Source: the human T2T-CHM13v2.0 reference genome, Homo sapiens. Taken from it: 64,000 nucleotides of DNA. This document shows positions 43,451 to 60,269 of the stretch, piece after piece. How positions within the stretch are numbered: position 1 is the first letter of the stretch; each line of letters starts with the position of its first letter. The DNA lies in the NCBI RefSeq assembly GCF_009914755.1, contig NC_060937.1; one strand, written 5' to 3'. The notes below the pieces were generated by a model that worked only from the letters and a program-made list of their open reading frames with translations, ran no database searches and was not told the DNA's origin. A program made the translations under genes and the position numbers.

Positions 43451-46400
43451 AGTACCCAAAATATATATTGTATACTGTACATAAAATATGAAGGTACATC
43501 AAAGATATATTTTATCCTGTACATAAAATATCAAAGTACACCAAATATATATTATATGCTGTACATAATATATTAAAGTCGACCAAATATATATTATATA
43601 CTGTACATAAAATATGAAGGTACCTCAACTATATATTATATGCTGCACATAAAATATCAAAGTACCCAAAGTATGTATTATATACTGTACATAAAATATC
43701 AAAGTACCCAAAGTATATATTATATACTGTACATAAAATATAAAATACCCCAAATATATATTATATGCTGTACATAAAATATCAAAGTACACAAAATATG
43801 TATTATGTACTGTACATACAATATAAAGGACCCAAAATATATACTATATACTGTACATAAAATATCAAAATACCCAAAATATATATTATATACTGTACAT
43901 AAAGTACCAAAGTACCCAAAGTATATATTATATACCGTACAAAAAATATCAAAGTAGCCAAAATATGTATTATACACTGTACATAATATATGAAAGTACC
44001 CAAACATTTATAATAAACTGTACATAAAATATCAATGTACTCAAACTATGTATTATGTGCGGTACATAACATATCAAAGTACCCATACTATATAGTATGT
44101 ACTATACTTAAAATATCAAAATACCCAAAATATATATTATATACGTTACATAAACTATCAAATACACAAAGTATGTATTATATACTGCACATAAAATAGC
44201 AAAGTTCCCAAAATATGTATTATATACTGTACATAAAATATGAAAGTACCCAACCATTTATAATAAACTCTACATAAAATACCAAAGTACCCAAACTGTG
44301 TATTATATACTGTCCATAAAATATCAAAGTACCCAAAATATATATTGTAAACTCTACATAAAATATCAAAGTAGCCAAAATACATATTGTATACTGTACA
44401 TAAAATATGAAAGTACCCCAAATATGTATTATATACTGTACATAAAATATCAAAGTACCCATAATACATATTATATACTGTACACAAAATATCAAAGGAC
44501 CCAAAATAAACATTATATACTGTACATAAAATATCCAAATACTCAAAATATATATTACGTACTGTACATAAAATATCAAAGTAACCAAATTATGTATTAT
44601 ATACTGTACGTAAAATATCAGAGTACCCAAAATATGCGTTATATACTGTACATAAAATATGAAAGTAACAAAACATTTATAATAAACTGTACATAAAATA
44701 TCAAAGTACTCAAACTATATATCATATACTGTACATAAAATATCAAAGTACCCAAACTGTGTATTATTATATACTGTATATAAAATATCAAAGTACCTGA
44801 AATATATACTGTATACTGTACATAAAATATCAAAGTACCCAAAATATATACTATATACTGTACATAAAATATGAAGGTACATCAAATATATATTATATCC
44901 TGTACATAAAATATCAAACTACACCTATTATATATTGTGTACTGTACATAATATATTAAATCGCCCAAATATATATTGTATACTGTATATAAAATATGAA
45001 GGTACTTCAAATATATATTATATGCTGCACATAAAATATCAAAGTACCCAAGGTATGCATTACATACTGTACATAAAATATCAAAGTACACAAATTATAT
45101 ATTATATACTGTACATAAAATCTGTAGGTTCATCAAATATATTTTATATTCTGTACATAATATATCAAAGTACATCAAATATATATTATATACGGTACAT
45201 AAAATATCAAATTACCCAAAATATGCATTATTTACTGTACATAAAATATGAAAGTAACCAAACATTTATAATAAACTGTACATAAATTATCAAAGTACTC
45301 AATCTACATATTATATACAGTATATAAAATATCAAAGTACACAAACTGTATATTATATACTGTACATAATATGTCAAAGTACCCAGAATATATAGCATAC
45401 TGTACATAAAATATCAAAGTACCCAGAACGTATATTGTATACTGTACATAAAATATGAAGGTACATCAAAGATATATTATATTCTGTACATAAAATATCA
45501 AACTACACCAAATATATATTATATGCTGTACATAATATATTTAAGTTGCCCATATATACATTATATACTGTACATAAAATATGAACGTACATGAAATATA
45601 TAGTATATGCTGCACATAAAATATCAAAGTATCCAAAGTATGTATTATATACTGTACATAAAATATCAAAGTACCAAAAGTATATATTACATACTCTAAA
45701 TAAAATATGAAGGTACCTCAAATATATATTATATTCTATACATAAAATATCAAAGTACACCAAGTATATACTATATATTCTGCATAAAATATTAAATTAC
45801 CCGAAATATGTATTGTATTGTGTACATAAAATATGAAAGTAACCAAACATTTATAATAAACTGTACATAAAATATCAAAGTACTCAAACTGTATATTATA
45901 TACTGTACATAAAGTATCAAAGTACCCAAACTGTGTAGTATATACTGTACATAAAATATCAAGGTACCCAAAATATATATTGTAAACTGTAGATAAAATA
46001 TCAAAGTACCCAAAATATATATTATATACTGTACATGAAATATGAAGGCACATCCAATATATATTATACTCTGTACATAAAATATCAAAGTACACCAAAT
46101 GTATATTATATACTGTACATAAAATATCAAAGTACCCAAAGTGTATATTATATACTGTACATAAAATATGAAGGTTCATCAAATATATTTTATATTCTGC
46201 ACATAATATATCAAAGTACAGCAAATACATATTATATACTGTACATAAAATATCAAAGTACCCAAAATATGTATTATATACTGTACATAAAATATGAAAG
46301 TAACCAAAAATTTATAATACACTGTACATAAAGTATCAAAGTACTCAAACTACATATTATATACAGCATATAAAATGTCAAAGTACCCATACTGTATATT

Positions 46401-49400
46401 ATATACTGTACATAATATATCAAAGTACCCGAATATATAGCATACTGTACATAAAATATCAAAGTACCCAAAGTGTGTATTATACACTGCACATAAAATA
46501 TGAAGGTACATAAAATATATATTGTATTCTGTACATAAAATATCAAAGTACTCCAAATATATATTATATGCTGTACATAATATATTAAAGTCGCCCAAAT
46601 ATATATTATATACTGTACATAAAATATGAAGGTACGTCAAATATATAGTATATGCTGCACATAAAATATCAAAGTACCCAAAGTATGTATTATATACTGT
46701 ACATAAAATATCAAAGTACCCAAAGTATATATTATATACTGTACATAAAATATAAAATACCCCAAATATATATTATGTGCTGTACATAAAATATGAAAGT
46801 ACACAAAATATGTATTATGTACTGTACATAAAATATCAAAGGACCCAAAATATATATTATATACTGTACATAAAATATAAAAATACCCAAAATATATATT
46901 ATATACTGTACATAAATTACCAAAGTACCCAAAGTATATATTATGTACCGTACAAAAAATATCAAAGTAGCCAAAATATGTATTATACACTGTACTTAAT
47001 ATATGAAAGTACCCAAACATTTATAATAAACTTTACATAAAATATCAATGTACTCAAACTATATATTATGTGCGGTACATAAGATATCAAAGTACCCATG
47101 CTATATAGTATATACTGTACTTAAAATATCAAAATACCCAAAATATATATTATATACGTTACATAAACTATCAAATACACAAAGTATGTATTATATACTG
47201 TACATAAAATAGCAAAGTTCCCAAAATATGTATTATATACTGTACATAAAATATGAAAGTACCCAACCATTTATAATAAAGTCTACATAAAATACCAAAG
47301 TACCCAAACTGTGTATTATATACTCTCCATAAAATATCAAAGGACCCAAAATATATATTGTAAACTCTACATAAAATATCAAAGTAGCCAAAATACATAT
47401 TGTATACTGTACATAAAATATAAAAGTACCCCAAATATATATTATATACTGTACATAAAATATCAAAGTACCCATAATACATATTATATACTGTACATAA
47501 AATATCAAAGGACCCAAAATAAACATTATATACTGTACATAAAATATCCAAATACTCAAAATATATATTACATACTGTACATAAAATATCAAAGTACCCA
47601 AATTATGCATTATATACTGTACGTAAAATATCAGAGTAACCAAAATATGCATTATATACTGTACATAAAAAATGAAAGTAACAAAACATTTATAATAAAC
47701 TGTACATAAAATATCAAAGTACTCAAACTATATATCATATACTGTACATAAAATATCAAAGTACCCAAACTCTGTATTATTATATACTGTATATAAAATA
47801 TCAAAGTACCTGAAATATATATTGTATACTGTACATAAAATATCAAAGTACCCAAAATATATACTATATACTGTACATAAAATATGAAGGTACATCAAAT
47901 GTATATTATATCCTGTACATAAAATATCAAAGTACACCTATTATATATTGTGTACTGTACATATTATATTAAATCGCCCAAATATATATTGTATACTGTA
48001 TATAAAATATGAAGGTACTTCAAATATATATTATATGCTGCACATAAAATATCAAAGTACCCAAAGTATGCATTACATACTGTACATAAAATATCAAAGT
48101 ACACAACTTATATATTATATACTGTACATAAAATATGTAGGTTCATCAAATATATTTTATATTCTGTACATAATATATCAAAGTACATCAAATATATATT
48201 ATATACGGTACATAAAATATCAAAGTACCCAAAATATGTATTATATACTGTACATAAAACATGAAAGTAACCAAACATTTATAATGAACTGTACATAAAA
48301 TATCAAAGTACTCAATCTACATATTATATACAGTATATAAAATATCAAAGTACACAAACTGTATATTATATACTGTACATAATATATCAAAGTACCCAGA
48401 ATATATAGCATACTGTACATAAAATATCAAGGTACCCAAAATATATATTGTATACTGTACATAAAATATGAAGGTACATCAAAGATATATTATATTCTGT
48501 ACATAAAATATCAAAGTACACCAAATATATATTATATGCTGTACATAATATATTAAAGTTGCCCATATATACATTATATACTGTACATAAAATATGAAGG
48601 TACATCAAATATATAGTATATGCTGCACATAAAATATCAAAGTACCCAAAGTATGTATTATACACTGTACATAAAATATCAAAGTACCAGAAGTATATAT
48701 TACATACTGTAAAGAAAATATGAAGGTACCTCAAATATATATTATATTCTGTACATAAAATATCAAAGTACACCAAGTATATACTATATACTGTGCATAA
48801 AATATTAAATTACCTAAAATATGTATTGTATTGTGTACATAAAATATGAAAGTAACCAAACATTTATAATAAACTGTACATAAGATATCAAAGTACTCAA
48901 ACTGTATATTATATACTGTACATAAAGTATCAAAGTACCCAAACTGTGTAGTATATACTGTACATAAAATATCAAGGTACCCAAAATATATATTGTAAAC
49001 TGTAGATAAAATATCAAAGTACCCAAAATATATATTAAATACTGTACATAAAATATGAAGGCACATCCAATATATATTATATTCTGTACATAAAATATCA
49101 AAGTACACCAAATGTATATTATATACTGTACATAAAATATCAAAGTACCCAAAGTGTATATTATATACTGTACATAAAATATGAAGGTTCATCAAATATA
49201 TTTTATATTCTGCACATAATATATCAAAGTACAGCAAATATATATTATATACTGTACATAAAATATCAAAGTACCCAAAATATGTATTATATACTGTACA
49301 TAAAATGTGAAAGTAACCAAACATTTATAATAAACTGTACATAAAATATCAAAGTACTCAAACTACATATTATATACAGTATATAAAATATCAAAGTACC

Positions 49401-51859
49401 CAAACTGTATATTATATACTGTACATAATATATCAAAGTACCGGAATATATAGCATACTCTACATAAAATATCAAAGTACCCAAAATATATATTGTATAC
49501 TGTACATAAAATATGAAGGTACATGAAAGATATATTATATTCTGTACATAAAATATCAAAGTACACCAAATATATATTATATGCTGTACATAATATATTA
49601 AAGTCGACCAAATATATATTATATACTGTGCATATAATATGAAGTTACATCAAATATATATTATATGCTGCACATAAAATATAAAAGTACCCAAAGTATG
49701 TATTATATACTCTACATAAAATATCAAAGTACCCAAAATATATATTATATACTGTACATAAAATATAAAATACCCCAAATATATATTATATGTTGTACAT
49801 AAAATATCAAAATACAGAAAATATTTATTATATACTGTACATAAAATACCAAAGGACCCAAAATATATATTATATACTGTACATAAAATATCAAAATACC
49901 CAAAATATATATTATATACTGTACATAAAATACCAAAGTACCCAAAGTATATATTATATACCGTACAAAAAATATCAAAGTAGCCAAAATATGTATTATA
50001 CACTGTACATAATATATGAAAGTACCCAAACATTTATAATAAACTGTACATAAAATATCAATGTACTCAAACTATGTATTATGTGCGGTACATAAGATAT
50101 CAAAGTACCCTTACTATATAGTATGTACTGTACTTAAAATATCAAAATACCCAAAATATATATTATATACGTTACATAAACTATCACATACACAAAGTAT
50201 GTATTATATACTGTACATAAAATAGCAAAGTTCCCAAAATATGTATTATATACTGTACATAAAATATGAAAGTACCCAACCATTTATAATAAACTCTACA
50301 TAAAATACCAAAGTACCCAAACTGTGGATTATATACTGTCCATAAAATATAAAAGTACCCAAAATATATATTGTAAACTGTACATAAAATATCAAAGTAG
50401 CCAAAATACATATTGTATACTGTCCATAAAATATAAAAGTACCCCAAATATATATTATATGCTGTACATAAAATATCAAAGTACCCATAATACATATTAT
50501 ATACTGTACATAAAATATCAAAGGACCCAAAATAAACATTATATACTGTACATAAAATATCCAAATACTCAAAATATATATTACATACTGTACATAAAAT
50601 ATCAAAGTACCCAAATTATGTATTATATACTGTACGTAAAATATCAGAGTACCCAAAATATGCATTATATACTGTACATAAAATATGAAGGTACATCAAA
50701 TATATAGTATATGCTGCACATAAAATATCAAAGTACCCAAAGTATGTATTATATACTGTACATAAAATATCAAAGTACCAAAAGTATATATTACCTACTG
50801 TAAATAAAATATGAAGATACCTCAAATATATATTATATTCTGTACATAAAATATCAAAGTACACCAAGTATATACTATATACTCTACATAAAATATTAAA
50901 TTACCCAAAATATGTATTGTATTGTGTACATAAAATATGAAAGTAACCAAACATTTATAATAAACTGTACATAAAATATCAAAGTACTCAAACTTTATAT
51001 TATATACTGTACATAAAGTATCAAAGTACCCAAACTGTGTAGTATATACTGTACATAAAATATCAAGGTACCCAAAATGTATATTGTAAACTGTAGATAA
51101 AATATCAAAGTACCCAAAATATATATTATATACTGTACATAAAATATGAAGGCACATCCAATATATATTATATTCTGTACATAAAATATCAAAGTACACC
51201 AAATGTATATTATATACTGTACATAAAATATAAAACTACCCCAAATATATCTTATATACTCTACATAAAATATCAAAGTACCCAAAATATATATTATATA
51301 CTGTACATAAAATATCAAAGTACCCATAGTATGTATTATATCCTGTACATAAAATATGAAGGTACATCAAATATATATTCTATTCTGCACATAAAATATC
51401 ATATTGCACCAAATATATATTGTATACTGTATATAAAATATGAAGGTACTTCAAATATATATTATATGCTGCACATAAAATATCAAAGTACCCAAAGTAT
51501 GCATTATATACTGTACATAAAATATCAAAGTACCCAAAGTGTATATTATATACTGTACATAAAATATGAAGGTTCATCAAATATATTTTATATTCTGCAC
51601 ATAATATATCAAAGTACAGCAAATATATATTATATATTGTACATAAAATAACAAAGTACCAAAAATATGTATTATATACTGTACATAAAATATGAAAGTA
51701 ACCAAATATTTATAATAAACTGTATATAAAATATCAAAGTACTCAAACTACATATTATATACAGTATATAAAATATCAAAGTACCCAAACTATATATTAT
51801 ATACTGTACATACTATATCAAAGTACCCAAATATATAGCATACTGTCCATAAAATATCA
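43450..51859 (+). repeat. 8,410-bp super-repeat copy 1 (3013+3013+2384)
   Basis: Near-identical ORF-track translations recur at +8410 (43720/52130/60540; 45503/53913/62323; 48387/56797). Marker spacings 3013, 3013, 2384. Confidence 0.88.
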
Positions 51860-54800
51860 AAGTACCCAAAATATATATTGTATACTGTACATAAAATATG
51901 AAGGTACATCAAAGATATATTATATCCTGTACATAAAATATCAAAGTACACCAAATATATATTATATGCTGTACATAATATATTAAAGTCGACCAAATAT
52001 ATATTATATACTGTACATAAAATATGAAGGTACCTCAACTATATATTATATGCTGCACATAAAATATCAAAGTACCCAAAGTATGTATTATATACTGTAC
52101 ATAAAATATCAAAGTACCCAAAGTACATATTATATACTGTACATAAAATATAAAATACCCCAAATATATATTATATGCTGTACATAAAATATCAAAGTAC
52201 ACAAAATATGTATTATGTACTGTACATACAATATAAAGGACCCAAAATATATACTATATACTGTACATAAAATATCAAAATACCCAAAATATATATTATA
52301 TACTGTACATAAAGTACCAAAGTACCCAAAGTATATATTATATACCGTACAAAAAATATCAAAGTAGCCAAAATATGTATTATACACTGTACATAATATA
52401 TGAAAGTACCCAAACATTTATAATAAACTGTACATAAAATATCAATGTACTCAAACTATGTATTATGTGCGGTACATAACATATCAAAGTACCCATACTA
52501 TATAGTATGTACTGTACTTAAAATATCAAAATACCCAAAATATATATTATATACGTTACATAAACTATCAAATACACAAAGTATGTATTATATACTGCAC
52601 ATAAAATAGCAAAGTTCCCAAAATATGTATTATATACTGTACATAAAATATGAAAGTACCCAACCATTTATAATAAACTCTACATAAAATACCAAAGTAC
52701 CCAAACTGTGTATTATATACTGTCCATAAAATATCAAAGTACCCAAAATATATATTGTAAACTGTACATAAAATATCAAAGTAGCCAAAATACATATTGT
52801 ATACTGTACATAAAATATGAAAGTACCCCAAATATGTATTATATACTGTACATAAAATATCAAAGTACCCATAATACATATTATATACTGTACACAAAAT
52901 ATCAAAGGACCCAAAATAAACATTATATACTGTACATAAAATATCCAAATACTCAAAATATATATTACGTACTGTACATAAAATATCAAAGTAACCAAAT
53001 TATGTATTATATACTGTACGTAAAATATCAGAGTACCCAAAATATGCGTTATATACTGTACATAAAATATGAAAGTAACAAAACATTTATAATAAACTGT
53101 ACATAAAATATCAAAGTACTCAAACTATATATCATATACTGTACATAAAATATCAAAGTACCCAAACTGTGTATTATTATATACTGTATTTAAAATATCA
53201 AAGTACCTGAAATATATATTGTATACTGTACATAAAATATCAAAGTACCCAAAATATATACTATATACTGTACATAAAATATGAAGGTACATCAAATATA
53301 TATTATATCCTGTACATAAAATATCAAAGTACACCTATTATATATTGTGTACTGTACATAATATATTAAATCGCCCAAATATATATTGTATACTGTATAT
53401 AAAATATGAAGGTACTTCAAATATATATTATATGCTGCACATAAAATATCAAAGTACCCAAAGTATGCATTACATACTGTACATAAAATATCAAAGTACA
53501 CATATTATCTATTATATAATGTACATAAAATATGAAGGTTCATCAAATATATATTATATTCTGTACATAATATATCAAAGTACATCAAATATATATTATA
53601 TACGGTACATAAAATATCAAATTACCCAAAATATGCATTATTTACTGTACATAAAATATGAAAGTAACCAAACATTTATAATAAACTGTACATAAATTAT
53701 CAAAGTACTCAATCTACATATTATATACAGTATATAAAATATCAAAGTACACAAACTGTATATTATATACTGTACATAATATATCAAAGTACCCAGAATA
53801 TATAGCATACTGTACATAAAATATCAAAGTACCCAGAACGTATATTGTATACTGTACATAAAATATGAAGGTACATCAAAGATATATTATATTCTGTACA
53901 TAAAATATCAAACTACACCAAATATATATTATATGCTGTACATAATATATTTAAGTTGCCCATATATACATTATATACTGTACATAAAATATGAACGTAC
54001 ATGAAATATATAGTATATGCTGCACATAAAATATCAAAGTATCCAAAGTATGTATTATATACTGTACATAAAATATCAAAGTACCAAAAGTATATATTAC
54101 ATACTCTAAATAAAATATGAAGGTACCTCAAATATATATTATATTCTATACATAAAATATCAAAGTACACCAAGTATATACTATATATTCTGCATAAAAT
54201 ATTAAATTACCCGAAATATGTATTGTATTGTGTACATAAAATATGAAAGTAACCAAACATTTATAATAAACTGTACATAAAATATCAAAGTACTCAAACT
54301 GTATATTATATACTGTACATAAAGTATCAAAGTACCCAAACTGTGTAGTATATACTGTACATAAAATATCAAGGTACCCAAAATATATATTGTAAACTGT
54401 AGATAAAATATCAAAGTACCCAAAATATATATTATATACTGTACATGAAATATGAAGGCACATCCAATATATATTATACTCTGTACATAAAATATCAAAG
54501 TACACCAAATGTATATTATATACTGTACATAAAATATCAAAGTACCCAAAGTGTATATTATATACTGTACATAAAATATGAAGGTTCATCAAATATATTT
54601 TATATTCTGCACATAATATATCAAAGTACAGCAAATACATATTATATACTGTACATAAAATATCAAAGTACCCAAAATATGTATTATATACTGTACATAA
54701 AATATGAAAGTAACCAAAAATTTATAATACACTGTACATAAAGTATCAAAGTACTCAAACTACATATTATATACAGCATATAAAATGTCAAAGTACCCAT

Positions 54801-57800
54801 ACTGTATATTATATACTGTACATAATATATCAAAGTACCCGAATATATAGCATACTGTACATAAAATATCAAAGTACCCAAAGTGTGTATTATACACTGC
54901 ACATAAAATATGAAGGTACATAAAATATATATTGTATTCTGTACATAAAATATCAAAGTACTCCAAATATATATTATATGCTGTACATAATATATTAAAG
55001 TCGCCCAAATATATATTATATACTGTACATAAAATATGAAGGTACGTCAAATATATAGTATATGCTGCACATAAAATATCAAAGTACCCAAAGTATGTAT
55101 TATATACTGTACATAAAATATCAAAGTACCCAAAGTATATATTATATACTGTACATAAAATATAAAATACCCCAAATATATATTATGTGCTGTACATAAA
55201 ATATGAAAGTACACAAAATATGTATTATGTACTGTACATAAAATATCAAAGGACCCAAAATATATATTATATACTGTACATAAAATATAAAAATACCCAA
55301 AATATATATTATATACTGTACATAAATTACCAAAGTACCCAAAGTATATATTATGTACCGTACAAAAAATATCAAAGTAGCCAAAATATGTATTATACAC
55401 TGTACTTAATATATGAAAGTACCCAAACATTTATAATAAACTTTACATAAAATATCAATGTACTCAAACTATATATTATGTGCGGTACATAAGATATCAA
55501 AGTACCCATGCTATATAGTATATACTGTACTTAAAATATCAAAATACCCAAAATATATATTATATACGTTACATAAACTATCAAATACACAAAGTATGTA
55601 TTATATACTGTACATAAAATAGCAAAGTTCCCAAAATATGTATTATATACTGTACATAAAATATGAAAGTACCCAACCATTTATAATAAACTCTACATAA
55701 AATACCAAAGTACCCAAACTGTGTATTATATACTGTCCATAAAATATCAAAGTACCCAAAATATATATTGTAAACTCTACATAAAATATCAAAGTAGCCA
55801 AAATACATATTGTATACTGTACATAAAATATAAAAGTACCCCAAATATATATTATATACTGTACATAAAATATCAAAGTACCCATAATACATATTATATA
55901 CTGTACATAAAATATCAAAGGACCCAAAATAAACATTATATACTGTACATAAAATATCCAAATACTCAAAATATATATTACATACTGTACATAAAATATC
56001 AAAGTACCCAAATTATGCATTATATACTGTACGTAAAATATCAGAGTAACCAAAATATGCATTATATACTGTACATAAAAAATGAAAGTAACAAAACATT
56101 TATAATAAACTGTACATAAAATATCAAAGTACTCAAACTATATATCATATACTGTACATAAAATATCAAAGTACCCAAACTCTGTATTATTATATACTGT
56201 ATATAAAATATCAAAGTACCTGAAATATATATTGTATACTGTACATAAAATATCAAAGTACCCAAAATATATACTATATACTGTACATAAAATATGAAGG
56301 TACATCAAATGTATATTATATCCTGTACATAAAATATCAAAGTACACCTATTATATATTGTGTACTGTACATATTATATTAAATCGCCCAAATATATATT
56401 GTATACTGTATATAAAATATGAAGGTACTTCAAATATATATTATATGCTGCACATAAAATATCAAAGTACCCAAAGTATGCATTACATACTGTACATAAA
56501 ATATCAAAGTACACAACTTATATATTATATACTGTACATAAAATATGTAGGTTCATCAAATATATTTTATATTCTGTACATAATATATCAAAGTACATCA
56601 AATATATATTATATACGGTACATAAAATATCAAAGTACCCAAAATATGTATTATATACTGTACATAAAACATGAAAGTAACCAAACATTTATAATGAACT
56701 GTACATAAAATATCAAAGTACTCAATCTACATATTATATACAGTATATAAAATATCAAAGTACACAAACTGTATATTATATACTGTACATAATATATCAA
56801 AGTACCCAGAATATATAGCATACTGTACATAAAATATCAAGGTACCCAAAATATATATTGTATACTGTACATAAAATATGAAGGTACATCAAAGATATAT
56901 TATATTCTGTACATAAAATATCAAAGTACACCAAATATATATTATATGCTGTACATAATATATTAAAGTTGCCCATATATACATTATATACTGTACATAA
57001 AATATGAAGGTACATCAAATATATAGTATATGCTGCACATAAAATATCAAAGTACCCAAAGTATGTATTATACACTGTACATAAAATATCAAAGTACCAG
57101 AAGTATATATTACATACTGTAAAGAAAATATGAAGGTACCTCAAATATATATTATATTCTGTACATAAAATATCAAAGTACACCAAGTATATACTATATA
57201 CTGTGCATAAAATATTAAATTACCTAAAATATGTATTGTATTGTGTACATAAAATATGAAAGTAACCAAACATTTATAATAAACTGTACATAAGATATCA
57301 AAGTACTCAAACTGTATATTATATACTGTACATAAAGTATCAAAGTACCCAAACTGTGTAGTATATACTGTACATAAAATATCAAGGTACCCAAAATATA
57401 TATTGTAAACTGTAGATAAAATATCAAAGTACCCAAAATATATATTAAATACTGTACATAAAATATGAAGGCACATCCAATATATATTATATTCTGTACA
57501 TAAAATATCAAAGTACACCAAATGTATATTATATACTGTACATAAAATATCAAAGTACCCAAAGTGTATATTATATACTGTACATAAAATATGAAGGTTC
57601 ATCAAATATATTTTATATTCTGCACATAATATATCAAAGTACAGCAAATATATATTATATACTGTACATAAAATATCAAAGTACCCAAAATATGTATTAT
57701 ATACTGTACATAAAATGTGAAAGTAACCAAACATTTATAATAAACTGTACATAAAATATCAAAGTACTCAAACTACATATTATATACAGTATATAAAATA

Positions 57801-60269
57801 TCAAAGTACCCAAACTGTATATTATATACTGTACATAATATATCAAAGTACCGGAATATATAGCATACTCTACATAAAATATCAAAGTACCCAAAATATA
57901 TATTGTATACTGTACATAAAATATGAAGGTACATGAAAGATATATTATATTCTGTACATAAAATATCAAAGTACACCAAATATATATTATATGCTGTACA
58001 TAATATATTAAAGTCGACCAAATATATATTATATACTGTGCATATAATATGAAGTTACATCAAATATATATTATATGCTGCACATAAAATATAAAAGTAC
58101 CCAAAGTATGTATTATATACTCTACATAAAATATCAAAGTACCCAAAATATATATTATATACTGTACATAAAATATAAAATACCCCAAATATATATTATA
58201 TGTTGTACATAAAATATCAAAATACTGAAAATATTTATTATATACTGTACATAAAATACCAAAGGACCCAAAATATATATTATATACTGTACATAAAATA
58301 TCAAAATACCCAAAATATATATTATATACTGTACATAAAATACCAAAGTACCCAAAGTATATATTATATACCGTACAAAAAATATCAAAGTAGCCAAAAT
58401 ATGTATTATACACTGTACATAATATATGAAAGTACCCAAACATTTATAATAAACTGTACATAAAATATCAATGTACTCAAACTATGTATTATGTGCGGTA
58501 CATAAGATATCAAAGTACCCTTACTATATAGTATGTACTGTACTTAAAATATCAAAATACCCAAAATATATATTATATACGTTACATAAACTATCACATA
58601 CACAAAGTATGTATTATATACTGTACATAAAATAGCAAAGTTCCCAAAATATGTATTATATACTGTACATAAAATATGAAAGTACCCAACCATTTATAAT
58701 AAACTCTACATAAAATACCAAAGTACCCAAACTGTGGATTATATACTGTCCATAAAATATAAAAGTACCCAAAATATATATTGTAAACTGTACATAAAAT
58801 ATCAAAGTAGCCAAAATACATATTGTATACTGTCCATAAAATATAAAAGTACCCCAAATATATATTATATGCTGTACATAAAATATCAAAGTACCCATAA
58901 TACATATTATATACTGTACATAAAATATCAAAGGACCCAAAATAAACATTATATACTGTACATAAAATATCCAAATACTCAAAATATATATTACATACTG
59001 TACATAAAATATCAAAGTACCCAAATTATGTATTATATACTGTACGTAAAATATCAGAGTACCCAAAATATGCATTATATACTGTACATAAAATATGAAG
59101 GTACATCAAATATATAGTATATGCTGCACATAAAATATCAAAGTACCCAAAGTATGTATTATATACTGTACATAAAATATCAAAGTACCAAAAGTATATA
59201 TTACCTACTGTAAATAAAATATGAAGATACCTCAAATATATATTATATTCTGTACATAAAATATCAAAGTACACCAAGTATATACTATATACTCTACATA
59301 AAATATTAAATTACCCAAAATATGTATTGTATTGTGTACATAAAATATGAAAGTAACCAAACATTTATAATAAACTGTACATAAAATATCAAAGTACTCA
59401 AACTTTATATTATATACTGTACATAAAGTATCAAAGTACCCAAACTGTGTAGTATATACTGTACATAAAATATCAAGGTACCCAAAATGTATATTGTAAA
59501 CTGTAGATAAAATATCAAAGTACCCAAAATATATATTATATACTGTACATAAAATATGAAGGCACATCCAATATATATTATATTCTGTACATAAAATATC
59601 AAAGTACACCAAATGTATATTATATACTGTACATAAAATATAAAACTACCCCAAATATATCTTATATACTCTACATAAAATATCAAAGTACCCAAAATAT
59701 ATATTATATACTGTACATAAAATATCAAAGTACCCATAGTATGTATTATATCCTGTACATAAAATATGAAGGTACATCAAATATATATTCTATTCTGCAC
59801 ATAAAATATCATATTGCACCAAATATATATTGTATACTGTATATAAAATATGAAGGTACTTCAAATATATATTATATGCTGCACATAAAATATCAAAGTA
59901 CCCAAAGTATGCATTATATACTGTACATAAAATATCAAAGTACCCAAAGTGTATATTATATACTGTACATAAAATATGAAGGTTCATCAAATATATTTTA
60001 TATTCTGCACATAATATATCAAAGTACAGCAAATATATATTATATATTGTACATAAAATAACAAAGTACCAAAAATATGTATTATATACTGTACATAAAA
60101 TATGAAAGTAACCAAATATTTATAATAAACTGTATATAAAATATCAAAGTACTCAAACTACATATTATATACAGTATATAAAATATCAAAGTACCCAAAC
60201 TATATATTATATACTGTACATACTATATCAAAGTACCCAAATATATAGCATACTGTCCATAAAATATCA
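51860..60269 (+). repeat. 8,410-bp super-repeat copy 2
   Basis: Shares private variants with copy 1 at +8410, e.g. TGTAAAGAAAATA (48708/57118), GTACCGGAAT (49438/57848) and ACTGTGGATT (50321/58731). Confidence 0.9.
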
